Of a stretch of 64,000 bases of DNA, positions 38,341-48,722 are shown piece after piece. The notes below the pieces were generated by a model. It was not told the DNA's origin. It saw nothing but the letters and a program-made list of their open reading frames with translations, and made no database searches. Origin of the DNA: Christensenellaceae bacterium Phil1. Lineage in GTDB: Bacteria > Bacillota > Clostridia > Christensenellales > CAG-138. The DNA is taken from the NCBI GenBank assembly GCA_001940855.1, contig MSGS01000059.1, positions 2,245-66,244 on the forward strand. Reading direction: 5' to 3'. The translations under genes were made by a program, and so were the position numbers. Numbering within the stretch: the first letter of the stretch is position 1; the number at the start of each line of letters is the position of its first letter.

Positions 38341-39336
38341 TCAGTGCAGCTCTTTTCCTTTTACCGTATCAAGATACTCGTTCAGCAATTCTTTAAGCTC
38401 ATCAAGACTGGTTATGCTATTTACCCGTCCGCGCAGCGCGGCGCTGCCGTGCATGCCGGAAAGGTACCACGATACATGCTTGCGCATTTCAACTATTGCG
38501 CGGTCTCCGCAGCTTTTTGTCAGCCGCTCGGCGTGGTCAATGGCGGCGGCAATGCGCATAGCGTATGAGGGCGCGTCATAGTGAATATTGGCGAGCGTTG
38601 CCTTTATTTCCCGGAAAATAAACGGGTTGCCTTCCGCCCCGCGGGCCACCATGACCCCGTCGCAGCCGGTTTGCTTTATCATGTCCAGTGCATTCTGGCC
38701 TGTGAATATATCTCCGTTGCCTATTACGGGAATTTTTACGGCGGCCTTTATTTTTGCAATTATGTCCCGGTCCGCCGTGCCGCTGTACATTTGCTCCCGC
38801 GTGCGGCCGTGTATTGTTATCATGGCTGCGCCGCTTTCTTCCGCCATGCGGGCGAAGCTGAGCGCGTTCACATGCTCCTCGTCCCAACCCTTGCGGAACT
38901 TTACCGTAACCGGCAATGCGCTTGCCTTTACCGCTGCTTCTATTATGCGGGCGGCGAGCGGCTCGTTCTTCATAAGGGCGCTGCCTTCCCCGTTTGAAAC
39001 TATTTTGTGCGCAGGGCAGCCCATGTTTATGTCTATCAGCTTCAGTCCGCTCTGCGTTTCGCTCAGCATTTTTGCCGCGCGGGCTACCATATCAGGCTCC
39101 GCGCCGAAAAGCTGCACCCCGTAGCCGCCGCTTTGCTCCGGCGGGGAAGCGTCAAGCAGCGTGGCTGTGTTCTTGTTATTATAATGCAGTCCCTTCGCGC
39201 TTACCATTTCCGTATACGAAAAATCCGCGCCCATCTCCCGGCATATGCCGCGGAAGGCCGCGTCCGTAACTCCTGCCATTGGCGCAAGCAGCACGGGCGT
39301 ATCCGTACCGAAAAGCTTTTGCATGGCTTGGCTCAT
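38341..39336 (-). CDS. dusB: tRNA-dihydrouridine synthase DusB
   Basis: LAPMAGVTD, DINMGCP, PVTVKFR, IHGRT, GNGDI, VMVARG. Confidence 0.95.
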   Translation of the reverse strand: MSQAMQKLFGTDTPVLLAPMAGVTDAAFRGICREMGADFSYTEMVSAKGLHYNNKNTATLLDASPPEQSGGYGVQLFGAEPDMVARAAKMLSETQSGLKLIDINMGCPAHKIVSNGEGSALMKNEPLAARIIEAAVKASALPVTVKFRKGWDEEHVNALSFARMAEESGAAMITIHGRTREQMYSGTADRDIIAKIKAAVKIPVIGNGDIFTGQNALDMIKQTGCDGVMVARGAEGNPFIFREIKATLANIHYDAPSYAMRIAAAIDHAERLTKSCGDRAIVEMRKHVSWYLSGMHGSAALRGRVNSITSLDELKELLNEYLDTVKGKELH

Positions 39337-39337
39337 A

Positions 39338-39913
39338 TTATTCCGTTTTGTCCTTCAAAAGGCTCATGTCAGGCGTGGGCTTGACTTCGGTTTCGGGGTC
39401 GCGCTGAAGAAGGGTTATGCTGTTTATGTACCAGCGGGATCCTTCGCGCTTGAACACCACCTGGTATCGCCCGGCTTCCCATTCCGGCAGCTCGGCAGGG
39501 GCTGCGCCCTCGGTATCATCGCTGGCGGCATTTATTGCGGCAAGGCGCGCATCAACGGTCATGTTCGCCCGCTTGCTCCACGGCAGCACGGATACGGCCT
39601 TAACGTCAATGCGGTAGTCATAGCTGGCCACGGTGAAGCCCGCGTATTTGCCGCTGTCAAGCTCGTGGTCGTTATTCAAATATTCTTCGCTGAAATACGG
39701 CGTAAGGTCGATATCAACGCTGGTCTGGCCGTATTTCAATATGGCCTCGGCGCGCTTTTCCATGCCCTCCGTAACGAGTATATACAGGTTGCTTATGTGC
39801 AGCCCCTCTATAAATACGCCTAAGCACAGCGCAACTATCGCCGCCGTGATTATAAGCGTCCGCAAAACATACCATATGGAGCGTTTGGCTATGCCATAGC
39901 TGTTGCGGGCCAT
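39338..39913 (-). CDS. Hypothetical membrane-anchored protein
   Basis: N-terminal TM helix, RBS AGGAGG, abuts dusB. Confidence 0.7.
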   Translation of the reverse strand: MARNSYGIAKRSIWYVLRTLIITAAIVALCLGVFIEGLHISNLYILVTEGMEKRAEAILKYGQTSVDIDLTPYFSEEYLNNDHELDSGKYAGFTVASYDYRIDVKAVSVLPWSKRANMTVDARLAAINAASDDTEGAAPAELPEWEAGRYQVVFKREGSRWYINSITLLQRDPETEVKPTPDMSLLKDKTE

Positions 39914-40075
39914 AAAGCGCCCTCCTTTTCAACTGATATACATAATAAATAATACCATAGTATAGGCCGCTATGCAAATGAACGCGCTGTGAATGTTTGT
40001 GTTGCCTTCTGCCGCAGTTCTGTTATAATATAAAATAGGTTTATAGAGGCATTACAAAACACGGGGAGAGAGACT

Positions 40076-41848
40076 ATGGACGTATATTCTATCATTTCGC
40101 TTTTCGGCGGGCTTGCGCTGTTCCTGTACGGCATGCATACAATGAGCGCGGGGCTTGAAAAGCTTTCCGGCAGCAAGCTGCAATCAACATTGCAGAAAAT
40201 GACCGCGCACACGTCCACAAGCCTTATTTTCGGCGCGGCGATAACAATAGCCATTCAATCGTCCTCGGCCCTTACAGTAATGCTTGTGGGCCTTGTGAAC
40301 AGCGGCATAATGCAGCTTGAGCAGACGGTTAGCGTTATACTCGGCGGCAATATAGGCACTACCCTTACCGCATGGATACTTTCCCTTTCCGGCATCAGCG
40401 GAGACAGCATTTTTATAAACCTCCTTAAACCGGAAAACTTTTCCCCGATAGTGGCGCTTATAGGCGTAATAATGATAATGGCGTGCAATACGCAGAAAAA
40501 GAAGGACATAGGCGGCGTGTTCGTGGGCTTTGCCATATTGATGTACGGCATGACGCTTATGAGCGGCTCTGTTGCCCCGCTTGCGGATATGCCGGAGTTT
40601 ACGGGGATACTGACCGCGTTCAATAATCCGTTCTTAGGCGTGCTTGTGGGCCTTGTTTTCACCGGAATAATACAGAGCAGCGCGGCAAGCGTTGGCATTT
40701 TGCAGGCGCTTTCCCTAACGGGCTGCATAACATACGGCATGGCAATACCGCTCGTGATGGGGCTTAACATTGGCACCTGCGCCACGGCCCTGCTTTCAAG
40801 CATAGGCACTACCAAGAACGCGCGCCGGGTCGCCATAGTGCACATTACCGGCAAAATAATAGGCACTGTATTCTGCATGATAGTGTTCTATGGGCTTAAT
40901 GCAATAATAGGCTTTGGCTTTATCAATTCGCCGCTTTCCGCGCCGGAGGTTGCCCTTTGCCACACGGTTTTCAACATAATAACCACCATAATACTGCTGC
41001 CCGCGCGCAAGGTGCTCATAAAGATATCCCGCATAGTGGTTCGCGGCAATGACGCGAAGCAGAGCGAAGTATTCCTGGACGAAAGGCTGCTGCTGTCCCC
41101 CGGCCTTGCGGTGCACGAAAGCTACAACATGGCCGTGAAGATGAGCGACATTGCGCGTTCCTGCGTGCTGACGGCAATGGGACTTATGCTAAGCTACGAT
41201 AACGATAAGGCTGCGGACGTAAAGACGGAGGAAACGGAGCTTGATATGTACGAGGACAAGCTGGGAAGCTTCCTTGTTAAGCTTTCCGCTTCAGCGTTGA
41301 GCGATAACGACAGCGCAGACGTATCAAAGCTTTTGCATAACATTGGCGATTTTGAGCGCATAGGCGACCACGCATTGAACATTCGCCAAAGCGCGAAGGA
41401 GATGCACGAAAAGGGACTTACATTCTCCGAACATGCTACGGAGGAAGTGAACCTGCTTTTCAGCGCGCTCAACGAAATACTAACCCTTGCCATGGATTCG
41501 TTTAAGGACGACGATTTGGACAAGGCCGCGCGGGTGGAGCCGCTGGAGCAGGTTATAGACGTGCTGATAGCGCAGATAAAGCGCAAGCATATAGAGCGCC
41601 TGCAGGCGGGCCGCTGCACGATAGAGCTTGGATTTATACTGAACGATCTTTTGAATAACTGCGAGCGCATAAGCGACCACTGCTCAAACATTGCCGTATG
41701 CGTAACGGAAATAGACCGAGGCGAGTTCGATACGCACGAATATCTTAATACCGTTAAGAGCGGCAACGACGCCCGCTATAAGGCGGACTTTGCCGAGTAT
41801 GCCAAAAAGTACGAACTGAAATACGCCCACCCATCGGTGCATAAGTAA
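40076..41848 (+). CDS. Na/Pi cotransporter family protein with PhoU domains
   Basis: QSSSA and QSSAA repeats, NIGT, ERIGDH and ERISDH. Confidence 0.93.
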   Translation: MDVYSIISLFGGLALFLYGMHTMSAGLEKLSGSKLQSTLQKMTAHTSTSLIFGAAITIAIQSSSALTVMLVGLVNSGIMQLEQTVSVILGGNIGTTLTAWILSLSGISGDSIFINLLKPENFSPIVALIGVIMIMACNTQKKKDIGGVFVGFAILMYGMTLMSGSVAPLADMPEFTGILTAFNNPFLGVLVGLVFTGIIQSSAASVGILQALSLTGCITYGMAIPLVMGLNIGTCATALLSSIGTTKNARRVAIVHITGKIIGTVFCMIVFYGLNAIIGFGFINSPLSAPEVALCHTVFNIITTIILLPARKVLIKISRIVVRGNDAKQSEVFLDERLLLSPGLAVHESYNMAVKMSDIARSCVLTAMGLMLSYDNDKAADVKTEETELDMYEDKLGSFLVKLSASALSDNDSADVSKLLHNIGDFERIGDHALNIRQSAKEMHEKGLTFSEHATEEVNLLFSALNEILTLAMDSFKDDDLDKAARVEPLEQVIDVLIAQIKRKHIERLQAGRCTIELGFILNDLLNNCERISDHCSNIAVCVTEIDRGEFDTHEYLNTVKSGNDARYKADFAEYAKKYELKYAHPSVHK

Positions 41849-41864
41849 AGAGTTGAAATAAGCC

Positions 41865-42225
41865 GACGGAGGGGTTGACGATAACAAGCGAAGCTTCTTT
41901 CTTTTTTCAACCCCTCCGGCTTTTGCTTCGCAAAACCCACAACGCTGGTTGGAATATGGTCGTCTTGCTACGCTGCCGCTTGCAATACTCCCTATTCCGC
42001 CCGATTCTCCCCTCGCTGCATCGCCCACTGGGCGCGCTCGGCTCGAATCCCCTTTCAGGGCAGGCCCATCATATAAGCTTGTAAAGCGCACCAAAAGGCT
42101 CCCCTTTACGGGGAGCTGTCGAACGAAGTGAGACTGAGGGGTTGACGTAAACACGCATAGCCACGGGCGGGCCGCCGATGACGGCCCCTACAACGCCTAA
42201 GCGCAATTTCCCTGCATGCGTAAGC
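41865..42225. repeat. Cluster 2 of the two-hairpin repeat with a nested 107-bp insert and a GTAG REP
   Basis: Inverted mosaic copy of parts of 28571-28740 and 29162-29297; units 41865-41876 (partial), 41909-42066 (interrupted), 42097-42143. Confidence 0.85.
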
Positions 42226-42230
42226 ATGCT

Positions 42231-42974
42231 TTATCCTTCCAATTCCTTTATGAACAGCACATAGCTTTGCGGGTCAACGTATTTTTCGTCCTTGAGCAGT
42301 TCGAAGTGGACGTGGCTTTTGTCGCCGCATTCGCTTACGGCGGTGTCGCCAACGTAGCCCACTATGTCGCCCGCGTTTATTCGCGCGCCGACTTTCACGG
42401 GCGGCTCGGCTTTAAGATTGCCGTATACGGCTATCATGTCGTTTGCCCCCTTTACCTCTACCATAACGCCGAGCGAATCGTCCGTGAATATCTCCGTAAC
42501 GGTTCCGGCGAAAACGGCATAAACCTCGCTGCCCTTTGGCGCGGCAACGTCAACGCCCGTATGCGTTGTCCATTGGTCAAGCGTGCGGGAATAGATAAGC
42601 TCGTTTACCGCAAAGCCCCATATCACCTCTCCACGCACGGGCGGGCTGAGTTTTTGCACCGCGGTGGGCTTGGGCGTGGGCGGCGCGGGGGTAAAGTCCG
42701 GCATGGGCGTAGGCGTGGCCGTGGGAGAAGGGGTAGGCGTGGCGATGGGAAGCTGAGCTTGGTTAAGCCTGTCGCCAATATCCGTATTCACCTCGCTCGC
42801 GGGGTCGTCAGTCTGCGCGGGGTCGGCCCCGTTCGGCTGCTTTACCGTAAGCACGGCCGAAAGCGCCGCCGCGCTTATCAGCGCCAGTGCAACAACGTAT
42901 ATGCCCCTTTTTTTCAGGAAACCGGCAGTAGCGGTAGTTATGCCCTTAAGGGCCGCTTTTATGGTCTTTTTCAT
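42231..42974 (-). CDS. M23 peptidase-family protein, probable SpoIIQ orthologue
   Basis: N-terminal TM, PT linker, YSRTLDQWTTHTGVD, HVHFE; sigma-F-like promoter upstream. Confidence 0.8.
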   Translation of the reverse strand: MKKTIKAALKGITTATAGFLKKRGIYVVALALISAAALSAVLTVKQPNGADPAQTDDPASEVNTDIGDRLNQAQLPIATPTPSPTATPTPMPDFTPAPPTPKPTAVQKLSPPVRGEVIWGFAVNELIYSRTLDQWTTHTGVDVAAPKGSEVYAVFAGTVTEIFTDDSLGVMVEVKGANDMIAVYGNLKAEPPVKVGARINAGDIVGYVGDTAVSECGDKSHVHFELLKDEKYVDPQSYVLFIKELEG

Positions 42975-42996
42975 AAAAATAGATCACCTCGTCGCA

Positions 42997-43026
42997 TAGT
43001 ATTGCCCAAATTTCATATTTTCAATC
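42997..43026 (-). promoter_or_regulatory. Putative sigma-F promoter
   Basis: Minus strand GATTG-15bp-GGCAATACTA; the -10 fits GGnnAnAHTR, the -35 is imperfect. Confidence 0.45.
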
Positions 43027-43130
43027 TTTTTTCACATTAGTTTGAATTGCCGTGCCGTGACGTGGCGCATTGTGTGGTATAATAGCATTGCGGAGGATTC
43101 CGCACTAAGCAACCGAAAGGATAAATATAT

Positions 43131-44093
43131 ATGGCAAGAGTCAGCAGCGTTGGCGGTCAGGCCGTTATGGAAGGCGTTATGATGAAATCCCCCACGGGCG
43201 TGGCGCTGGCGGTAAGACGCGCGGACGGAACAATAGCCACGCGCTACGATAACTGGACCACCAAGGCGCAGAAGGGCACATTCTGGGGCCTGCCCATAAT
43301 AAGGGGCGTTGTAACGTTCATAGAATCGCTAACAACGGGCATGAACACATTGACCGAAAGCGCAAAGCTTGCGGGGGAAGATATAGAAGAAGAACCGACC
43401 AAGTTTGAAAAATGGCTCAGCGAAAAGCTGGGCAAGTCGGTTGAAAGCATTGTTATAGGAATCGCGGTTATATTGGCCGTGGCGCTCAGCGTGGGGCTGT
43501 TTTTCATGCTGCCGCTGGGCATAAGCTCGCTCATATTCGGCAAGGCGGCAAGCGTTGCGGGCGTGTGGAAAAGCCTTACGGAGGGGCTTATAAGGCTGAT
43601 AATATTCATTGGATATATCGCGTTCTGCTCAAGCATAAAGGACGTTAAGCGCACGTTTATGTACCACGGGGCGGAGCATAAAACAATAGCCTGCTACGAG
43701 GCGGAGGAGGAGCTTACGCCCGAAAACGCCGCCAAGCATTCGCGGCTGCATCCGCGCTGCGGCACAAACTATCTGTTCCTTGTTATGGCGGTGAGCATAC
43801 TTTTCTTTGCGGCGATAGGCTGGAACGCAAACTTTGCCGTCCGCCTTGCAATGCGCATAGCCTTCCTGCCCGTTGTGGCGGGGCTTTCATATGAGGTGCT
43901 GCGCTTTGCCGCGCGGCATGATAACTGGCTCACCCGCATAATACGCGCTCCCGGCATGGCGCTGCAGCGCATAACAACAAAGGAGCCTACGCCCGATATG
44001 CTGGAGGTTGCAATAACTGCCTTCAACCTGGCGATGGATCCGAACAATAAGGTTGAAAATGGTGCGGAGGAGCCTGCTCAGTCCGCCGAATGA
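43131..44093 (+). CDS. DUF1385 family membrane protein
   Basis: GGQAVMEGVMM, YHGAEHK, HPRCGT, LQRITTKEP. Confidence 0.92.
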   Translation: MARVSSVGGQAVMEGVMMKSPTGVALAVRRADGTIATRYDNWTTKAQKGTFWGLPIIRGVVTFIESLTTGMNTLTESAKLAGEDIEEEPTKFEKWLSEKLGKSVESIVIGIAVILAVALSVGLFFMLPLGISSLIFGKAASVAGVWKSLTEGLIRLIIFIGYIAFCSSIKDVKRTFMYHGAEHKTIACYEAEEELTPENAAKHSRLHPRCGTNYLFLVMAVSILFFAAIGWNANFAVRLAMRIAFLPVVAGLSYEVLRFAARHDNWLTRIIRAPGMALQRITTKEPTPDMLEVAITAFNLAMDPNNKVENGAEEPAQSAE

Positions 44094-45262
44094 GGATATA
44101 AAAGCGAATACAGCGTTGGCTCAAGCGAAAATTCATCCATAAGGGCCTTTGCTTCATCAAGCGCAATGCGTCCGGCGTTATCCAATGCCGGGCGTTTTTT
44201 TATTGCCCGTATCAGCAAATTCTTCGGCGTGTGGCTCAGGTCAACAAATTCAAGCACCTGCGTTTTGTAGCCGCGGCTTTCAAGCAGGTTTGCGCGTATC
44301 GCGTCCGTCATCAGCGCGGCAAAGCGCTCCTTTATTATGCCGTATCGGGTGATGAGCTTCAATTTGTCCGATGCTATCTGCCCGTTCAGCTCATGCTGGC
44401 AGCAGGGCACGGAAAGTATCATCCGCGCGCCGCGGCATATGGCGTTATGCAGCGCATAATCGGTTGCGGTATCGCACGCATGCAGCGTGACAACCATGTC
44501 CGCAGGGGCGTTGGCATCGTATTCTGCAATGTCCCCGCGCTCAAACTTCAGCGAATCGTAGCCGTAGCGCTTGGCGGCGTCCGTGCATTTTGCAATAACG
44601 TCAGCTTTAAGGTCAAGCCCCGTCATGTTCACCCGTATGCCCAATATGTTCACCAAATAATGATACAGCACAAACGTAAGATATGATTTGCCGCAGCCGA
44701 AGTCTATTATCCTCAGCGGCTCCGCGTTTTTGCGTTCAAGGTAGCCGTCCTCGTTTATGGCGTCGCGCACTATTTCAAGGAAACGGTTTATCTGCACGAA
44801 TTTGTCCCGCATGGGGGCGGCAATGCGCCCGTCCTTGGTGAATATGCCCATGTCTATAAGCGCGGGTATTGGCTCATCCTCGCTCAAAATATATTGCTTC
44901 TTTCGGTTATGCGTCTGCTCGGGCGGCTTCGGCGCGGTGGAGGAAAGGGGCTTGAGCATATATGTCGCTTCGTCATAGCCCTTGTTCAGCATTATAATAT
45001 GCTCCCCGTCGGCGGCAAAGGCGTTGGCCTGCCTGTATGTACAGCTTGAAAGCTCCGCGGCAAGTGCGCGTTCAAGCTCATCCGCTGCAATATTTTGATG
45101 AAAAGCCTGCTTTTCGCTGTATCGGCTTATGTGGTACGCGCCGCCCTTAAGCTCAAAGGTGCAGCGGCGGTATTGGGCGGCTTTAGGCGCCTTTGAAAGT
45201 ATTATCCTTGTTGGCAGGGCGGCGGAGGTAAGCTTCGCGGCCTGAGCTATGCTCAGCTTCAT
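44078..45262 (-). CDS. SAM-dependent methyltransferase
   Basis: IIDFGCGKSYL, LHACDTATD, VPCCQ, HTPKN. Confidence 0.88.
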   Translation of the reverse strand: MKLSIAQAAKLTSAALPTRIILSKAPKAAQYRRCTFELKGGAYHISRYSEKQAFHQNIAADELERALAAELSSCTYRQANAFAADGEHIIMLNKGYDEATYMLKPLSSTAPKPPEQTHNRKKQYILSEDEPIPALIDMGIFTKDGRIAAPMRDKFVQINRFLEIVRDAINEDGYLERKNAEPLRIIDFGCGKSYLTFVLYHYLVNILGIRVNMTGLDLKADVIAKCTDAAKRYGYDSLKFERGDIAEYDANAPADMVVTLHACDTATDYALHNAICRGARMILSVPCCQHELNGQIASDKLKLITRYGIIKERFAALMTDAIRANLLESRGYKTQVLEFVDLSHTPKNLLIRAIKKRPALDNAGRIALDEAKALMDEFSLEPTLYSLLYPHSAD

Positions 45263-45422
45263 ATTATAAAGCGTCCTTTCGTTTATGCATGGCAATATAA
45301 TACGCTAAGGCATGCCGCCGTGTCAAACAGAGCGCGAAAAAGATATATTATTGTGAAATAACGGCGCGGCTATTGCATAATGCGCCAAACGATGGCATTA
45401 TAAAGAAAAAAGAACACGGAGG

Positions 45423-48314
45423 ATGAATATGGATACGACTATGCACGGCTTCAGGCTCGTTTCTTCAAGCGAACTTAAAGAAATAAAGGGCACGGCCGAT
45501 ATTTATAAGCACGATAAAAGCGGCCTTACAATGGTGCATCTGAACTGCGCGGATACCAACAAGGCCTTTGCAATGAGCTTTTGCACCCCGCCCGAAAACA
45601 GCACGGGCGTGCCGCATATACTGGAGCACAGCGTGCTTGCGGGCAGCGACAAATACCCCGTGCGGGAGCCGTTTGTGGAGCTGATGAAGGGTTCGCTCAA
45701 CACTTTCCTCAATGCCTTAACCGCAAGCGACTGGACGGTGTATCCCGTGGCGAGCCAAAACATGCAGGATTATCTTAACCTTGTTGATGTTTATATGGAT
45801 GCGGTGCTTAATCCCCTTATCCATTCCGTGCCGGAAATATTCCGGCAGGAAGGCTGGCATTATGAAATAAACGACGGCAAGCTGAGCGTAAACGGCGTTG
45901 TTTACAACGAAATGAAGGGCGCGCTCTCCGCTCCCGACAGGGTGATAGCGGAGGAGATAAACGCCGCGCTGTTCGATAATACCTACGGCGTGAACTCGGG
46001 CGGCGATCCTGCCGTTATACCGGAGCTTTCCTATGAAGCGTTCTGCAACTTTCATAAAAAGCTTTACCATCCTTCCAATGCGCTCATGTGCCTGTATGGC
46101 GATGTGGATTTGGACAGGGTGCTTGCCCTTGCGGACAGCTATCTTGATAAATACACTCCCTCCGCGCACGAGCACGTTGGCGACGCCACAAAGCTGACCG
46201 CGCCTAAGTCGGTAACAAAGGCATACCCCATAAACGCGGGCGACGACCCCGAAGGCAAGGCTTTCTATATGCGCGGCTGGGTAATTGACCACCGCTGCAT
46301 AAACGAGATAAGCGCAATGGAAATAATTCAGGATGCGCTTTTCAATGCCGAAGCCGCCCCCGTTAAGCGCGCACTTATGCAGAGCGGGCTTTGCGGCAAC
46401 GCGGAAGCATACAGCAGCGCTGAAATAAAGTATCCCACTTATTACCTTACACTCAGCGACGTTAAGGCCGATGGCTTTGATAAGCTGACCGAAATTATCG
46501 ATTCCGCAATAAAGGATATAGCCCAAAAGGGACTTGACAAAAAGCTGCTTGAGGCGTGCCTGAACCGCTATGAATTCGGCCGCCGCGAGGAGCCCGCATA
46601 TTATCCCAAGGGAATAGAGCTATGCATAAACGCCGCATCGGGCTATATTCATGACGGCGACCCACTTTCCATGATACGCTACGAGGATACGCTTGCCTTC
46701 CTGCGCGAAAAGCTGAACAGCGATTATTATGAGCAGCTTATAAAGAAATACTTTGCCCAAAACACATGGCAGGCGGAGGTCAGGCTCGTTCCCGAACCCG
46801 GCCTTGGCGAAAAGAGGGAAGCGGAGAACGCCGAAAAGATGGCCGCGCTTTACGCCGCAATGACGGAGGATGAAAGGGCGAAAATAATCGCCAATCAGGA
46901 AAGGCTGAAAAAGCGCCAGTCCACGCCGGATAGAGAAGAAGCGCTGGAGACCATTCCGCAGCTTAAGCTGAGCGAAGCCGGAGACGGCCCCAGGCCCCTT
47001 GAAGCGGAGCGGAGGGACATACTGAGCGTTCCCACATACGCAAACGATATGTTCACCGGCGGCATATCCTATTTGACGCTTATGTTCGACGCGGCCTGCC
47101 TGAATGCGGAGGAAATACCCTATGCCGGCCTTGTGTGCCAGCTTATGGGCAAGCTGAGCGCGGGCGAATACGGCTTCGAACAGCTTTCCACGGAGCTTAT
47201 GCTCAATACGGGCGCGGTGGAAACAAGCCTTTCCGCATTCCAAAAGGCGGGAGAGGAGCAGGCGCAGCCGTATATACTTATGAACATAAAGGCGCTTACC
47301 GCAAAGCTTGGCGACGCCATGCCCGCAATATGCGCAATGCTGAAGGATACGCATTATAACGAGCGCGCAAGGCTAAACGAGGTCATAAGCATGATTGCCG
47401 CCAACAACCGTTCCATGCTTGCAAACGAGGGGCATATGATCGCCATGACAAGGCTCGGCTCTTATTTCAGCGCGGCAATGATGTACAGCGAGCAGACGAT
47501 GGGCCTTAGCTTCTTTGAATTTATAAAGAAGCTTGCCGCCGCCAACGAAGCGGAGATTGATAAGCACATTGAAATGCTTGAAACCGTGGCTAAGAAGCTT
47601 TTCACCCGCGCGAATATGAGCGTTATGCTTTCGGGCGAGGAGGAGCAGTATAGCGCCGCAAGGCTTGCGCTGCCCGCCGTTATAGATGCACTTGAAGCGG
47701 GCGAAAAGCAGGATAACCGCCCCGCGTTCGTGAAGAATGCCAAGAATGAAGGCGTAATGACCCCGGGAGACGTGCAGTATTGCGCCGAAGGCTACAACAT
47801 GGCGGAGCTTGGCTTCGGCTACGATGGCGCAACCGCCGTTATGAAAACCATACTTGCAACGGATTACCTTTGGAACCGCATACGCGTGCTTGGCGGTGCA
47901 TACGGCGCAATACTAACAATAAGGCCGAACGGAACCTTCCTTCTGAGCAGCTACCGCGACCCCAACCTTGAAAACACATATAAGGTATATGACGGCATGG
48001 CCGAATATCTTGAAAAGTTCGACCCCAGCCGCAGGGAGATGGATAAATACATACTCGGCACACTGCAGGAGCTTGACGCGCCCAAGGTAGGCCAGCTTGC
48101 GCACAGCACGGCGCTTAGCAATTACATGACGGGCTTCACAAGGGCTATGCAGCAGAAGCTCCGTGCCGAGGCCATAGCCGCCGACGCAAAGGCTATCCGC
48201 GCCAAGGCTGCCCTTGCCAACGCAATATGCGAAAAGCATTATATCTGCGCCGTTGGCAACAGCGAAAGGATAAAGGCTGCCAAGGAGCTGTTTAAGGACA
48301 TTATAGACGGCTAA
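45423..48314 (+). CDS. M16C insulinase-family metallopeptidase (PreP-like)
   Basis: HILEHSVL, TFLNA.T, GVVYNEMKG, GGAYG, SYRDP. Confidence 0.93.
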   Translation: MNMDTTMHGFRLVSSSELKEIKGTADIYKHDKSGLTMVHLNCADTNKAFAMSFCTPPENSTGVPHILEHSVLAGSDKYPVREPFVELMKGSLNTFLNALTASDWTVYPVASQNMQDYLNLVDVYMDAVLNPLIHSVPEIFRQEGWHYEINDGKLSVNGVVYNEMKGALSAPDRVIAEEINAALFDNTYGVNSGGDPAVIPELSYEAFCNFHKKLYHPSNALMCLYGDVDLDRVLALADSYLDKYTPSAHEHVGDATKLTAPKSVTKAYPINAGDDPEGKAFYMRGWVIDHRCINEISAMEIIQDALFNAEAAPVKRALMQSGLCGNAEAYSSAEIKYPTYYLTLSDVKADGFDKLTEIIDSAIKDIAQKGLDKKLLEACLNRYEFGRREEPAYYPKGIELCINAASGYIHDGDPLSMIRYEDTLAFLREKLNSDYYEQLIKKYFAQNTWQAEVRLVPEPGLGEKREAENAEKMAALYAAMTEDERAKIIANQERLKKRQSTPDREEALETIPQLKLSEAGDGPRPLEAERRDILSVPTYANDMFTGGISYLTLMFDAACLNAEEIPYAGLVCQLMGKLSAGEYGFEQLSTELMLNTGAVETSLSAFQKAGEEQAQPYILMNIKALTAKLGDAMPAICAMLKDTHYNERARLNEVISMIAANNRSMLANEGHMIAMTRLGSYFSAAMMYSEQTMGLSFFEFIKKLAAANEAEIDKHIEMLETVAKKLFTRANMSVMLSGEEEQYSAARLALPAVIDALEAGEKQDNRPAFVKNAKNEGVMTPGDVQYCAEGYNMAELGFGYDGATAVMKTILATDYLWNRIRVLGGAYGAILTIRPNGTFLLSSYRDPNLENTYKVYDGMAEYLEKFDPSRREMDKYILGTLQELDAPKVGQLAHSTALSNYMTGFTRAMQQKLRAEAIAADAKAIRAKAALANAICEKHYICAVGNSERIKAAKELFKDIIDG

Positions 48315-48341
48315 AATAAAAAAACGGCATAACTGCCGCAA

Positions 48342-48379
48342 AAAAGCCTCCGCATAGGTAAAGCCCGTGCGGAGGTTTT
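48342..48379. terminator. Bidirectional terminator
   Basis: AAAAGCCTCCGCA...TGCGGAGGTTTT between convergent genes. Confidence 0.7.
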
Positions 48380-48380
48380 G

Positions 48381-48671
48381 TTATACGCTGTATTTTCCCA
48401 TATCCACCCTGCCGTCGGGCAAAAAGCCTACGCCTTCGGCTTCAAGCAGGGCGCGGCGCAGCTGAGCGTGTTCCCCGCCGGCAACGGCGCCGTCCGCCTT
48501 TACAACGCGCTGCCAGGGGATATCGTCCGGGCTTTGGCGCATGGCCCAGCCCACCTGCCGCGCCGCGCGGGGGCAGCCGAGTATTTTTGCAATTTCGCCG
48601 TATGATATAACGCGGCCCTTCGGCACGCGGCGTACAACGGCATATACCCTTTCAAAAAAGCCCTGTTCCAT
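48381..48671 (-). CDS. Alkyltransferase-like (ATL, MGMT-family) protein
   Basis: VP.G.V.SYG.IA, ARQVG, PWQRV with Trp in place of the catalytic Cys. Confidence 0.88.
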   Translation of the reverse strand: MEQGFFERVYAVVRRVPKGRVISYGEIAKILGCPRAARQVGWAMRQSPDDIPWQRVVKADGAVAGGEHAQLRRALLEAEGVGFLPDGRVDMGKYSV

Positions 48672-48722
48672 AGTATAAATAACGGGCGGGAGGTGATCCC
48701 GCCCTGTTGAAGGTTGGTTTTG

